From: Candidatus Poribacteria bacterium | Lineage (GTDB): Bacteria; Poribacteria; WGA-4E; PCPOR2b | Direction of reading: 5' to 3' | Assembly: GCA_965198175.1 (NCBI GenBank) | Contig: OZ240245.1 | Span: 544,001-608,000 of the forward strand | DNA length: 64,000 nt | Shown here: one piece after another, positions 32,964-42,331 of the stretch | How positions within the stretch are numbered: the first letter of the stretch is position 1 | Layout of the letters: every line of letters starts with the position of its first letter | Translations under genes and position numbers: made by a program | Notes under the pieces: model-generated | Databases searched by the model: none | Told to the model about the DNA's origin: nothing | What the model saw: the letters and a program-made list of their open reading frames with translations, nothing else

Positions 32964-35873
32964 CTACTTGAGGATTACCATCCGTCGCAAGGCGGAATAC
33001 TCCCCCGCACGGAGTTCATAGACATAGACGCCGCTTGCGACCGATTCCCCGCGTTCGTTGGTGCCGTCCCAATACGCCGCACGGTTCCGTGCGGCGTAGA
33101 AGCCCGCAGACTGATGCCCCAGATCTAACCGGCGTACTAACACCCCTTTTGTGTCATAAACCGTGAGTCTCACATCGGCAGCCTGGGCGAGGTGATACGG
33201 TATCCAGGTCTCCGGATTAAACGGATTCGGGTAGTTGGGCAAAAGCACCGTGTCTTTCGGGGTCAACGCTGCCAAGAGATGTTCAAGAAAGATAATCCCC
33301 CTCTGCGAGGTTGCATCAGTAAGGTCTAGTTGCCGCGCGTGCGCCAGCCACTCGTGCACGTCCGCCGCCCGTAGGCGCGGCATCCCTGCCGCGATACGAT
33401 GCGCGGAGGGCGCAGTTGCCGCGTTCCCGAACGCAGCGGCAACCAACACCAAATCTTGAATGTTTACCACAGCATCTCCGTTGACATCGGCGTCATTCTG
33501 TCCTGTCTGCCCAAGGCTTGAACCAACGAGCACCAAATCTTGGATGTTGACGGCACCGTCACGGTTGACATCTCCGACTAATTGTGGCGGTTCAACCACT
33601 TGCCCGTCTTCAACGCGCGGTCGTGAAGCTGCCCCCGCGCTGTCAGAGAGGATGACATCGGATAAGACTAAGGTGGATGCCTTGACGGCGACCACTTCAA
33701 AGGTGAGTGTAGCGAGCGTGCCGTCACCGTTGCTTTCACCTGCCAGGGAAGTTGCGGCAAGCGTTACTGTATTCTCCGACACAACGGCGGGCACGGCAAA
33801 GGCGCCCTGTGGGAGGTAGTCGGCGTTATCGCTTGAGACGAAGCGGAGCGCGGCGGTATCGAAGGTGACGGTCGCCTGATAGCCGGCGACGTTTTCACCG
33901 TCCACGATGGTGAGCGGGAGCGTAAACAGCTCTCCGACGGTAGGCGATGGCACAGGGGAGGGCGACACGCTCACTGTGGCGTTCGTGCCGGCTGACGGGG
34001 TGAGTTCCCACAGGAGAATCGTGCCGTCGAAACTGCCACTAGCGGTGGTGCTGCCATCGGGACTGTACGCAACGCTCCAGACCGAATCCGTATGCCCTGT
34101 GAGCGTGCGGCGGTGTGTTCCGGTGTCGGCGTCCCAGAGGCGGATAGTATTGTCATCACTCCCGCTAGCGATAGTGCTGCCATCGGGACTGTACGCAACG
34201 CTTGAGACCTCAGACGTATGCCCTGTGAGTGTACGCCGGTGTTCTCCGGTATCGGCGTCCCAGAGGCGGACGGTACCGTCCCAACTCCCGCTAGCGATAG
34301 TGCGTCCATCGGGACTGTACGCGAGGCTTTCGACCGAACTCCAATGCCCTGTGAGCGTGCGGCGGTGTGTTCCCGTGTCGGCGTCCCAGAGGCGGACGGT
34401 ACCGTCCCGACTCCCACTAGCGATAGTTCGCCCGTCCGGGCTGAAGGCGAGGCTCCAGACCGAATCCGTATGCCCAGTGAGTGTGCGACGGTGTTCTCCC
34501 GAATCGGCGTCCCACAGGCGGATAGTATGGTCATGACGTCCCCAGTTGAACCCACCCCCACTAGCGATAGTGCTGCCATCGGGACTGTACGCAACGCTCC
34601 TGACCGAACCCGTATGCCCTGTGAGCGTGCGGCGGAGTGTTCCCGTGTCGATGTCCCAGAGGCGGACGGTATCGTGGTCGTAACCCCCACTAGCGATGGT
34701 GCTGCCATCGGGACTGTACGCGAGGCATGAGACCCCAAACGTATGTCCTGTGAGCGTGCGGCGGTGTGTTCCGGTGTCGGCGTCCCACATGCGGATTTCT
34801 CCCCAACTCCCACTAGCGATGGTGCTGCCATCGGGACTGTACGCAACGCTCCTGACCGAATCCTTATGCCCTGTGAGTGTACGGCGGTGTGTTCCCGTGT
34901 CGGCGTCCCAGAGGCGGATGGTATTGTCCCGACTCCCACTAGCGATGGTGCTGCCATCGGGACTGTATGCAACGCTCCTGACCAAATCCGTATGCCCAGT
35001 GAGTGTACGCCGATGTGTTTCCGTGTCGGTGTCCCAGAGGCGGATAGTGTCGGCGTCCCAGAGGCGGACGGTACCGTCGTCACTACCGCTAGCGATAGTG
35101 CTGCCATCGGGACTGTACGCGAGGCTTTCGACCGAACCCGTATGCCCTGTGAGCGTGCCGCGGTATGTTCCGGTGTCGGTGTCCCACAGCTGGATGTCGC
35201 CGCTCCTACTAGCGATGGCGCTGCCATCGGGACTGTACGCGAGGCTTTCGACCGAACTCCAATGCCCTGTGAGCGTGCGGCGGTGTGTTCCGGTGTCGGC
35301 GTCCCAGAGGCGGATAGTATTGTCATCACTCCCGCTAGCGATGGTGCTGCCATCGGGACTGTACGCAACGCTTGAGACCTCAGACGTATGCCCTGTGAGC
35401 GTGTGGCGGTGTGTTCCGGTGTCGGCGTCCCAGAGGCGGATAGTATTGTCATCACTCCCGCTAGCGATAGTGCTGCCATCGGGACTGTACGCAACGCTTG
35501 AGACCTCAGACGTATGCCCAGTGAGCGTGCGGCGGAGTGTTCCGGTGTCGGCGTCCCAGAGGCGGATAGTATTGTCATCACTCCCGCTAGCGATAGTGCT
35601 GCCATCGGGACTGTACGCGAGGCTTGAGACCGAATCGGTATGCCCTGTGAGCAGGGCGACTTCTTCACCGGTGGCTGCATCGTATATCCAAATCCCGATA
35701 CTGCCGGCGACCGCCAAGCGAGTGCCGTCCGGCGAATACGTTATTTCATGTATCGTGCCTTTGCCGAGCCGCGCTTTAGCACCCTCGGGTAAGTGCCACT
35801 GAAGGAAATCTTGGGCGAAGGTGTTGAGTGAAAACAGGGTGAAAAGAATTAGTAAGGTCAAGGTTGTTTTCAT
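32964..35873 (-). CDS. Secreted WD40 (1+13 units)-cohesin-dockerin-FlgD/T9SS-CTD-like protein, copy 1
   Basis: MKTTLTLL signal; GH..V.S.AYSPDG...LWD units; cohesin; GDVNRDGAVNIQDLVLV dockerin pair; LLPNYPNPFNPETWIPY tail. Confidence 0.92.
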   Translation of the reverse strand: MKTTLTLLILFTLFSLNTFAQDFLQWHLPEGAKARLGKGTIHEITYSPDGTRLAVAGSIGIWIYDAATGEEVALLTGHTDSVSSLAYSPDGSTIASGSDDNTIRLWDADTGTLRRTLTGHTSEVSSVAYSPDGSTIASGSDDNTIRLWDADTGTHRHTLTGHTSEVSSVAYSPDGSTIASGSDDNTIRLWDADTGTHRRTLTGHWSSVESLAYSPDGSAIASRSGDIQLWDTDTGTYRGTLTGHTGSVESLAYSPDGSTIASGSDDGTVRLWDADTIRLWDTDTETHRRTLTGHTDLVRSVAYSPDGSTIASGSRDNTIRLWDADTGTHRRTLTGHKDSVRSVAYSPDGSTIASGSWGEIRMWDADTGTHRRTLTGHTFGVSCLAYSPDGSTIASGGYDHDTVRLWDIDTGTLRRTLTGHTGSVRSVAYSPDGSTIASGGGFNWGRHDHTIRLWDADSGEHRRTLTGHTDSVWSLAFSPDGRTIASGSRDGTVRLWDADTGTHRRTLTGHWSSVESLAYSPDGRTIASGSWDGTVRLWDADTGEHRRTLTGHTSEVSSVAYSPDGSTIASGSDDNTIRLWDADTGTHRRTLTGHTDSVWSVAYSPDGSTTASGSFDGTILLWELTPSAGTNATVSVSPSPVPSPTVGELFTLPLTIVDGENVAGYQATVTFDTAALRFVSSDNADYLPQGAFAVPAVVSENTVTLAATSLAGESNGDGTLATLTFEVVAVKASTLVLSDVILSDSAGAASRPRVEDGQVVEPPQLVGDVNRDGAVNIQDLVLVGSSLGQTGQNDADVNGDAVVNIQDLVLVAAAFGNAATAPSAHRIAAGMPRLRAADVHEWLAHARQLDLTDATSQRGIIFLEHLLAALTPKDTVLLPNYPNPFNPETWIPYHLAQAADVRLTVYDTKGVLVRRLDLGHQSAGFYAARNRAAYWDGTNERGESVASGVYVYELRAGEYSALRRMVILK

Positions 35874-36062
35874 GTAAAGTTTTCCCTTTTTGAAAGTTGA
35901 TTGCCATCTGGAACTGCAGTGGTCAGTGGCTAGTGCCCAGTGACCAGTAATTCGTGACCAGCACGTAGGTTGTGACTTCAGCAACCGATCAAGCGACTGG
36001 ACAAGGAGTGCGATAGAGTTCTCTTTTGAAGAAACTCGGTTTCTCACCTCAATAGTGTGGTG
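35874..36062. repeat. Conserved ~190 bp intergenic module (copy A)
   Basis: Near-identical to 38895-39084 and 48687-48867; contains heptamer repeats and a palindrome. Confidence 0.9.
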
Positions 36063-38894
36063 CTACTTGAGGATTATCATCCGGCGTAACGCGGAATACT
36101 CCCCCGCACGGAGTTCATAGACATAGACGCCGCTTGCGACCGATTCCCCGCGTTCGTTGGTGCCGTCCCAATACGCCGCACGGTTCCGTGCGGTGTAGAA
36201 GCCCGCAGACTGATGCCCCAGATTTAACTGACGCACTACCGTGCCTTTCGCGTCATAAATCGTGAGTCTCACATCGGCAGCCTGGGCGAGGTGATACGGT
36301 ATCCAGGTCTCCGGATTAAACGGGTTCGGGTAGTTGGGCAAAAGCACCGTGTCTTTCGGCGTCAACGCCGCGAGGAGTTGTTCCAGCACGACAATCCCCC
36401 TCGCCATCGTGGCATCTTTAACCTGAAGCGACCGCGCATCGGCGAGCCACTGTTTCACGTCCGCCGCCCGTAGGCGCGGCATCCCTGCCGCGATACGATG
36501 CGCGGAGGGTGCAGTTGCCGCGTTCCCGAACGCAGCGGCAACCAACACCAAATCTTGAATGTTTACCACAGCATCTCCGTTGACATCGGCGTCATTCTGT
36601 CCTGTCTGCCCAAGGCTTGAACCAACGAGCACCAAATCTTGGATGTTGACGGCACCGTCACGGTTGACATCTCCGACTAATTGTGGCGGTTCAACCACTT
36701 GCCCGTTTTCAACCTGCGGTCGTGAAGCTGCCCCCGCGCTGTCAGAGAGAACCACGTGAGATAAGGTCAAGGTAGAGGCCTTGACGGCGACCACTTCAAA
36801 GGTGAGTGTAGCGAGCGTGCCGTCACCGTTGCTTTCTCCGGCGAGAGATGTTGCGGCAAGCGTTACTGTATTCCCCGACACAACGGCGGGCACGGCAAAG
36901 GCGCCCTGTGGGAGGTAGTCGGCGTTAGCGCTTGAGACGAAGCGGAGCGCGGCGGTATCGAAGGTGACGGTCGCCTGATAGCCGGCGACGTTTTCACCGT
37001 TAGTTATGTTGAGTGAGAGCGTGAGTTGGTCTCCAATTGCGGGCGATGGCACAGGTTCCGCCGAAAAGCGCACCGTGGCGGTGTTGGTAGGCGCGAGTTC
37101 CCACAGGAGCACTGTACCGTCCGAACTCCCACTAGCGATAGTTTGCCCGTTCGAGCTGAAGGCGACACTTCTGACCGAATCCGTATGCCCTGTGAGCGTG
37201 CGGAGGTGTGTTCCGGTGTCGGCGTCCCAGAGGCGGATGGTATCGTCGTCACTCCCACTAGCGATGGTGCTGCCATCGGGGCTGTACGCGAGGCTATAGA
37301 CCGAATCCGTATGCCCTGAAAGTGTACGCCGGTCGGCGTCCCAGAGGCGGATTTCTACCCAACTCCCACTAGCGAGAGTGCTGCCATCGGGGCTGTACGC
37401 GAGGCTGTTGACCCCACTTGTATGCCCTGTGAGTGTACGCCGGTGTTCTCCGGTATCGGCGTCCCAGAGGCGGATTTCTACCCAACTCCCACTAGCGAGA
37501 GTGCTGCCATCGGGGCTGTACGCGAGGCTATAGACCGAACTCGTATGTCCTGTGAGTGTACGCCGGTGTTCTCCCGAATCGGCGTCCCAGAGGCGGATTT
37601 TTCCCCCACTCCCACTAGCGATGGTGCTGCCATCGGGGCTGTACGCGAGGCTGTTGACCGAATCCGTATGCCCTGTGAGCGTGCGGCGGAGTGTTCCGGT
37701 GTCGGCGTCCCAGAGGCGGATTTCTCCCCCACTCCCACTAGCGATGGTGCTGCCATCGGGACTGTACGCGAGGCTATAGACCGAACTCGTATGCCCTGTG
37801 AGCGTGCGCCGGTGTTCTCCCGAATCGGCGTCCCACAGGTGGATTTCATTCCAACCCCCACTAGCGATGGTGCTGCCATCGGGACGGTACGCAACGCTCC
37901 TGACCGAATCCGTATGCCCTGTGAGTGTACGCCGGTGTTCTCCGGTATCGGCGTACCAGAGGCGGATTTCTCCCCCACTCCCACTAGCGATGGTGCTGCC
38001 ATCGGGACTGTACGCGAGGCTTGAGACCCAATGCGTATGTCCTGTGAGTGTACGCCGGTGTTCTCCCGAATCGGCGTCCCAGAGGCGGATTTCTACCCAA
38101 CTCCCACTAGCGATGGTGCTGCCATCGGGACTGTACGCGAGGCTATAGACAACCCACGTATGCCCTGTGAGTGTACGCCGGTGTTCTCCGGTATCGGCGT
38201 CCCAGAGGCGGACGGTCTCGTCCCGACTCCCGCTAGCGATAGTGCTGCCGTCGGGACTGTACGCGAGGCTTAAGACCGAATGCGTATGCCCTGTGAGTGT
38301 ACGCCGGTGTTCTCCGGTATCGGCGTCCCAGAGGCGGACGGTATCGTCCCAACTCCCACTAGCGATGGTGCTGCCATCGGGACTGTACGCAACGCTTGAG
38401 ACCTCAGACGTATGCCCTGTGAGCGTGCGGCGGTGTGTTCCGGTGTCGGCGTCCCAGAGGCGGATGGTATCGTCGTCACTCCCACTAGCGAGAGTTCGCC
38501 CGTTCGGGCTGAAGGCGACGCTTCTGACCGAATCCGTATGCCCTGTGAGTGTACGGCGGTGTTCTCCCGAATCGGCGTCCCAGAGGCGGATTTCTCCCGA
38601 TCCCCCACTAGCGATAGTGCGTCCATCGGGACTGTACGCGAGGATTTCGACCGAACCCGTATGCCCTGTGAGCAGGGCGAGTTCTTCACCGGTGGCTGCA
38701 TCGTATATCCAAATCCCGATACTACTAGCCACCGCAAGTCGAGTGCCGTCCGGCGAATACGTTATTTCTCGTATCGTGCCTTTGCCGAGCCGCGCTTTGA
38801 CACCATCGGGTAAGTGCCACTGAGGGGAATCTTGGGCGAAGGTGTTGAGTGAAAACAGGGTGAAAAGAATTAGTAAGGTCAAGGTTGTTTTCAT
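36063..38894 (-). CDS. Secreted WD40 (1+13 units)-cohesin-dockerin-FlgD-like protein, copy 2
   Basis: Same architecture as copy 1. Confidence 0.92.
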   Translation of the reverse strand: MKTTLTLLILFTLFSLNTFAQDSPQWHLPDGVKARLGKGTIREITYSPDGTRLAVASSIGIWIYDAATGEELALLTGHTGSVEILAYSPDGRTIASGGSGEIRLWDADSGEHRRTLTGHTDSVRSVAFSPNGRTLASGSDDDTIRLWDADTGTHRRTLTGHTSEVSSVAYSPDGSTIASGSWDDTVRLWDADTGEHRRTLTGHTHSVLSLAYSPDGSTIASGSRDETVRLWDADTGEHRRTLTGHTWVVYSLAYSPDGSTIASGSWVEIRLWDADSGEHRRTLTGHTHWVSSLAYSPDGSTIASGSGGEIRLWYADTGEHRRTLTGHTDSVRSVAYRPDGSTIASGGWNEIHLWDADSGEHRRTLTGHTSSVYSLAYSPDGSTIASGSGGEIRLWDADTGTLRRTLTGHTDSVNSLAYSPDGSTIASGSGGKIRLWDADSGEHRRTLTGHTSSVYSLAYSPDGSTLASGSWVEIRLWDADTGEHRRTLTGHTSGVNSLAYSPDGSTLASGSWVEIRLWDADRRTLSGHTDSVYSLAYSPDGSTIASGSDDDTIRLWDADTGTHLRTLTGHTDSVRSVAFSSNGQTIASGSSDGTVLLWELAPTNTATVRFSAEPVPSPAIGDQLTLSLNITNGENVAGYQATVTFDTAALRFVSSANADYLPQGAFAVPAVVSGNTVTLAATSLAGESNGDGTLATLTFEVVAVKASTLTLSHVVLSDSAGAASRPQVENGQVVEPPQLVGDVNRDGAVNIQDLVLVGSSLGQTGQNDADVNGDAVVNIQDLVLVAAAFGNAATAPSAHRIAAGMPRLRAADVKQWLADARSLQVKDATMARGIVVLEQLLAALTPKDTVLLPNYPNPFNPETWIPYHLAQAADVRLTIYDAKGTVVRQLNLGHQSAGFYTARNRAAYWDGTNERGESVASGVYVYELRAGEYSALRRMIILK

Positions 38895-39084
38895 GTAAAG
38901 TTTTCCCTTTTTTGGTAATTGATTGCCATCTGGAACTGCAGTGGTCAGTGGCTAGTGCCCAGTGACCAGTAATTCGCGACCAGCACGTAGGTTGTGACTT
39001 CAGCAACCGATCAAGCGACTGGACAAGGAGTGCGATAGAGTTCTCTTTTGAAGAACCGCGGTTTCTCACCTCAATTTTGTGGTG
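38895..39084. repeat. Conserved intergenic module (copy B)
   Basis: Direct repeat of 35874-36062. Confidence 0.9.
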
Positions 39085-42000
39085 CTACTTGAGGATTACC
39101 ATCCGCCGCAACGCGGAATACTCCCCCGCACGGAGTTCATAGACATAGACGCCGCTTGCGACCGTTTCCCCGCGTTCGTTGGTGCCGTCCCAATACGCCG
39201 CACGGTTCCGTGCGGTGTAGAAGCCCGCAGACTGATGCCCCAGATTTAACTGACGCACTACCGTGCCTTTCGTGTCATAAACCGTGAGTGTCACATCGGC
39301 AGCCTGGGCGAGGTGATACGGTATCCAGGTCTCCGGATTAAACGGATTCGGGTAGTTGGGCAAAAGCACCGTGTCTTTCGGGGTCAACGCTGCCAAGAGA
39401 TGTTCAAGAAAGATAATCCCCCTCTGCGAGGTTGCATCCGTAAGGTCTAGTTGCCGCGCGTGCGCCAGCCACTCGTGCACGTCCGCCGCCCGTAGGCGCG
39501 GCATCCCTGCCGCGATACGATGCGCGGAGGGCGCAGTTGCCGCGTTCCCGAACGCAGCGGCAACCAACACCAAATCTTGAATGTTTACCACAGCATCTCC
39601 GTTGACATCGGCGTCATTCTGTCCTGTCTGCCCAAGGCTTGAACCAACGAGCACCAAATCTTGGATGTTGACGGCACCGTCACGGTTGACATCTCCGACT
39701 AATTGTGGCGGTTCAACCACTTGCCCGTTTTCAACCTGCGGTCGTGAAGCTGCCCCCGCGCTGTCAGAGAGAACCACGTGAGATAAGGTCAAGGTAGAAG
39801 CTTTGACGGCGACCACTTCAAAGGTGAGTGTAGCGAGCGTGCCGTCACCGTTGCTTTCACCTGCCAGGGAAGTTGCGGCAAGCGTTACTGTATTCTCCGA
39901 CACAACGGCGGGCACGGCAAAGGCGCCCTGTGGGAGGTAGTCGGCGTTATCGCTTGAGACGAAGCGGAGCGCGGCGGTATCGAAGGTGACGGTCGCCTGA
40001 TAGCCGGCGACGTTTTCACCGTTAGTTATGTTGAGTGAGAGCGTGAGTTGGTCTCCAATTGCGGGCGATGGCACAGGGGAGGGCGACACGCTCACTGTGG
40101 CGTTCGTGTCGGATGATCGGATTCCTTCCGCATTAAAAGCCAGCGTCTGCTGAATCTCAGCGACGGAGACCTCGACGGTGTTCGTGCCTGCTCTGCTCCC
40201 AAGGGTAAGCGTGGTCTCTGCCCTGCCATCAGCGCCGGTCGTGACGGTTGTTGCACTGAGCGTTCCACCGCCGGCGGTGACAGCAAACGTAACGGCAATT
40301 CCTTCAAGCGCGGAACCGTCTTGGTCTGTGACTTTAACGATAAGCGGATTCGCTAATGTCGCACCGGGTGCCCCATGTTGGTCATCGCCTGAGATTTTCG
40401 CTAGCGTCGTAGGTATCGCGTCCTTCGGGGCAGGCAGAATGTCAGCCCTCCTGAAAGTAAATCCGCCGCGTGTGATGTTGCCATACACATCAATAACCTG
40501 AAGCGTGACTTCATTACTGTAGCGTATTGTCAATTCGGTTGTGATAAATTCAAAAGTGTTGCTTTCACCGTTTAATCGTTTGCAGCTAAGCAATTTGAGA
40601 AAGCCTGGGGCTTGATCTTCGGCAGTTGATGGCGTAAGCAACTGGGCTTGATGAAGTCCATCGGTATCGGTTATCTTAAAGCGTAGGCTAATGGCATTCG
40701 ATGGATATGCTAGTGGCGGAAGCATCTGAATCGTTGCCGGTTCGTTGAAGGCGATTTGGTTGGAGTTGAAAATTCGGTGCACATCCAACCATTCAGCGGC
40801 ACATTGTGACAATTGGGTTCGGTGTGACCCGTAAGACATAAGGTAGGCATCGTTGCGGAAATCGTGTCCCAATCCAAAAGTGTGCCCGAGTTCGTGGGCA
40901 GCTACATTAACGCCAAACGGTCCATCAAAACAATCGCCGGATGCGGGGATAAGTGCGGTGCCTCCCGCGGTTATACTATTTAATGCTCCGTCTCTAATCG
41001 ACCTGCCGCCGCCTCTGCCGCATACGTTTTCGTGTCCAATGCGTTCGCTGCTAACATCTGCGGCAATCAGATAGACGTGCTTTGATCTGTCAAACTGTTC
41101 AGAAATTTCTGCGGTGACTTTGTCATACGTGTTCGTATGATAATAGCGGTCACCGAACTTCCCGTCAACCCGGTGGACGCGGAGGGCGCTGTCCGCATCG
41201 GCTTCAAAGGTAAAGGTTTTTCTGCCGAATCCATTGATTTGCATCTGTTCCGCGAAGAATTGCTGTACGTCTCTTATCAACATATCCAGCTTTGTGTCTA
41301 TGTTATGCTGACGTGAGCGGCCTCTAGGGAGAAAGTAGATTAGCCGGATCATTTCTCGCTGTTGCCGTGTCTGTAAATGGGACTCAATATTCTGAACGCG
41401 GACGGTCCTATCATCGCCGCCGCTGGCGATGGCGGTTCCGTCAGGTGAGAAGGCGACTCCGTAGACCCAGCCGGTGTGTCCTGTCAGCGTAGCAATCTTT
41501 TCACCGTTTTCGACGGACCATAGGCTGACCGTTTCGTGACCCGTACTCGCAAGTACTTCCCCGTCGAGGGAGAAATCAACTGTATAGGCGGTTCCCCGAT
41601 TATGGAGCGTGCCGAGGAGTTCCCAATTTGCTACCGCCCACAACCTGATTTGCCCCTGATAACCTGCACTTGCCAGGGTTCGGCCATCTGGTGAGAATGC
41701 GACAGAATAAACTACGGTCGTATCCCCTTCTAGCTGAGTGATAGCTTGCCAGTTCTGGACATCCCAAACCTTCACGAGTCCGTTGATGTCGCCGGCGGCG
41801 AGTCGCTGTCCATCGCGTGAAAAGGCGACAGCATAAACCCACTGATCGTGTTCAAGCGTATCTATCCCGTTTTGATTGCTGACATCCCAAAGTTTCACGC
41901 CCCACCCCGCGGTGGCGAGCAGTTGCCCATCAGGCGAAAAGGCTACGGCTTTGATTTGGTACCGCGTGTGATCTACAACGTGTTCAAGCGTAACAATAGG

Positions 42001-42318
42001 TTGTCGATTTTGGACGTCCCATAATTTGAATTTGTAGTCATCGCTTCCGCTGGCAAGCAACTTTCCGTTTGGGGAAAATGCCACGGAATTGACTTGACGT
42101 GTGTGGCCCCTGAGCGTTGTCACGGTGTCGTTCTGCAAATTCCACAGTTTCACGGTGCCATCTGCACCGGCACTAGCAACAAGCGAGGCATCCACAGGGG
42201 AAAATTTTACCGTTCGGACAGCACCGCCAAGCCTAAGGATAGTCGGTTGCTGCGCAAAACTCGGGAGAGAAAAATTTAACAAGGCGGTTATCGTCAGAAA
42301 TAAGCGTCTGAATTGCAT
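39085..42318 (-). CDS. Secreted WD40 (7 units)-zinc metallopeptidase-Big_1 Ig-cohesin-dockerin-FlgD-like protein
   Basis: Divergent WD40s; metzincin HELGHTFGLGH with Met-turn YLMSY; 'KISGDDQ...TGADGRAETTLTLG' Big_1; tail nearly identical to neighbours. Confidence 0.88.
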   Translation of the reverse strand: MQFRRLFLTITALLNFSLPSFAQQPTILRLGGAVRTVKFSPVDASLVASAGADGTVKLWNLQNDTVTTLRGHTRQVNSVAFSPNGKLLASGSDDYKFKLWDVQNRQPIVTLEHVVDHTRYQIKAVAFSPDGQLLATAGWGVKLWDVSNQNGIDTLEHDQWVYAVAFSRDGQRLAAGDINGLVKVWDVQNWQAITQLEGDTTVVYSVAFSPDGRTLASAGYQGQIRLWAVANWELLGTLHNRGTAYTVDFSLDGEVLASTGHETVSLWSVENGEKIATLTGHTGWVYGVAFSPDGTAIASGGDDRTVRVQNIESHLQTRQQREMIRLIYFLPRGRSRQHNIDTKLDMLIRDVQQFFAEQMQINGFGRKTFTFEADADSALRVHRVDGKFGDRYYHTNTYDKVTAEISEQFDRSKHVYLIAADVSSERIGHENVCGRGGGRSIRDGALNSITAGGTALIPASGDCFDGPFGVNVAAHELGHTFGLGHDFRNDAYLMSYGSHRTQLSQCAAEWLDVHRIFNSNQIAFNEPATIQMLPPLAYPSNAISLRFKITDTDGLHQAQLLTPSTAEDQAPGFLKLLSCKRLNGESNTFEFITTELTIRYSNEVTLQVIDVYGNITRGGFTFRRADILPAPKDAIPTTLAKISGDDQHGAPGATLANPLIVKVTDQDGSALEGIAVTFAVTAGGGTLSATTVTTGADGRAETTLTLGSRAGTNTVEVSVAEIQQTLAFNAEGIRSSDTNATVSVSPSPVPSPAIGDQLTLSLNITNGENVAGYQATVTFDTAALRFVSSDNADYLPQGAFAVPAVVSENTVTLAATSLAGESNGDGTLATLTFEVVAVKASTLTLSHVVLSDSAGAASRPQVENGQVVEPPQLVGDVNRDGAVNIQDLVLVGSSLGQTGQNDADVNGDAVVNIQDLVLVAAAFGNAATAPSAHRIAAGMPRLRAADVHEWLAHARQLDLTDATSQRGIIFLEHLLAALTPKDTVLLPNYPNPFNPETWIPYHLAQAADVTLTVYDTKGTVVRQLNLGHQSAGFYTARNRAAYWDGTNERGETVASGVYVYELRAGEYSALRRMVILK

Positions 42319-42331
42319 TCAATAATTCCTT

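Noticed and set aside
35874..36062. Integron attC cassette array
   Set aside because: No integron integrase in the window, no convincing RYYYAAC/GTTRRRY pairing, and the genes are paralogs rather than diverse cassettes.
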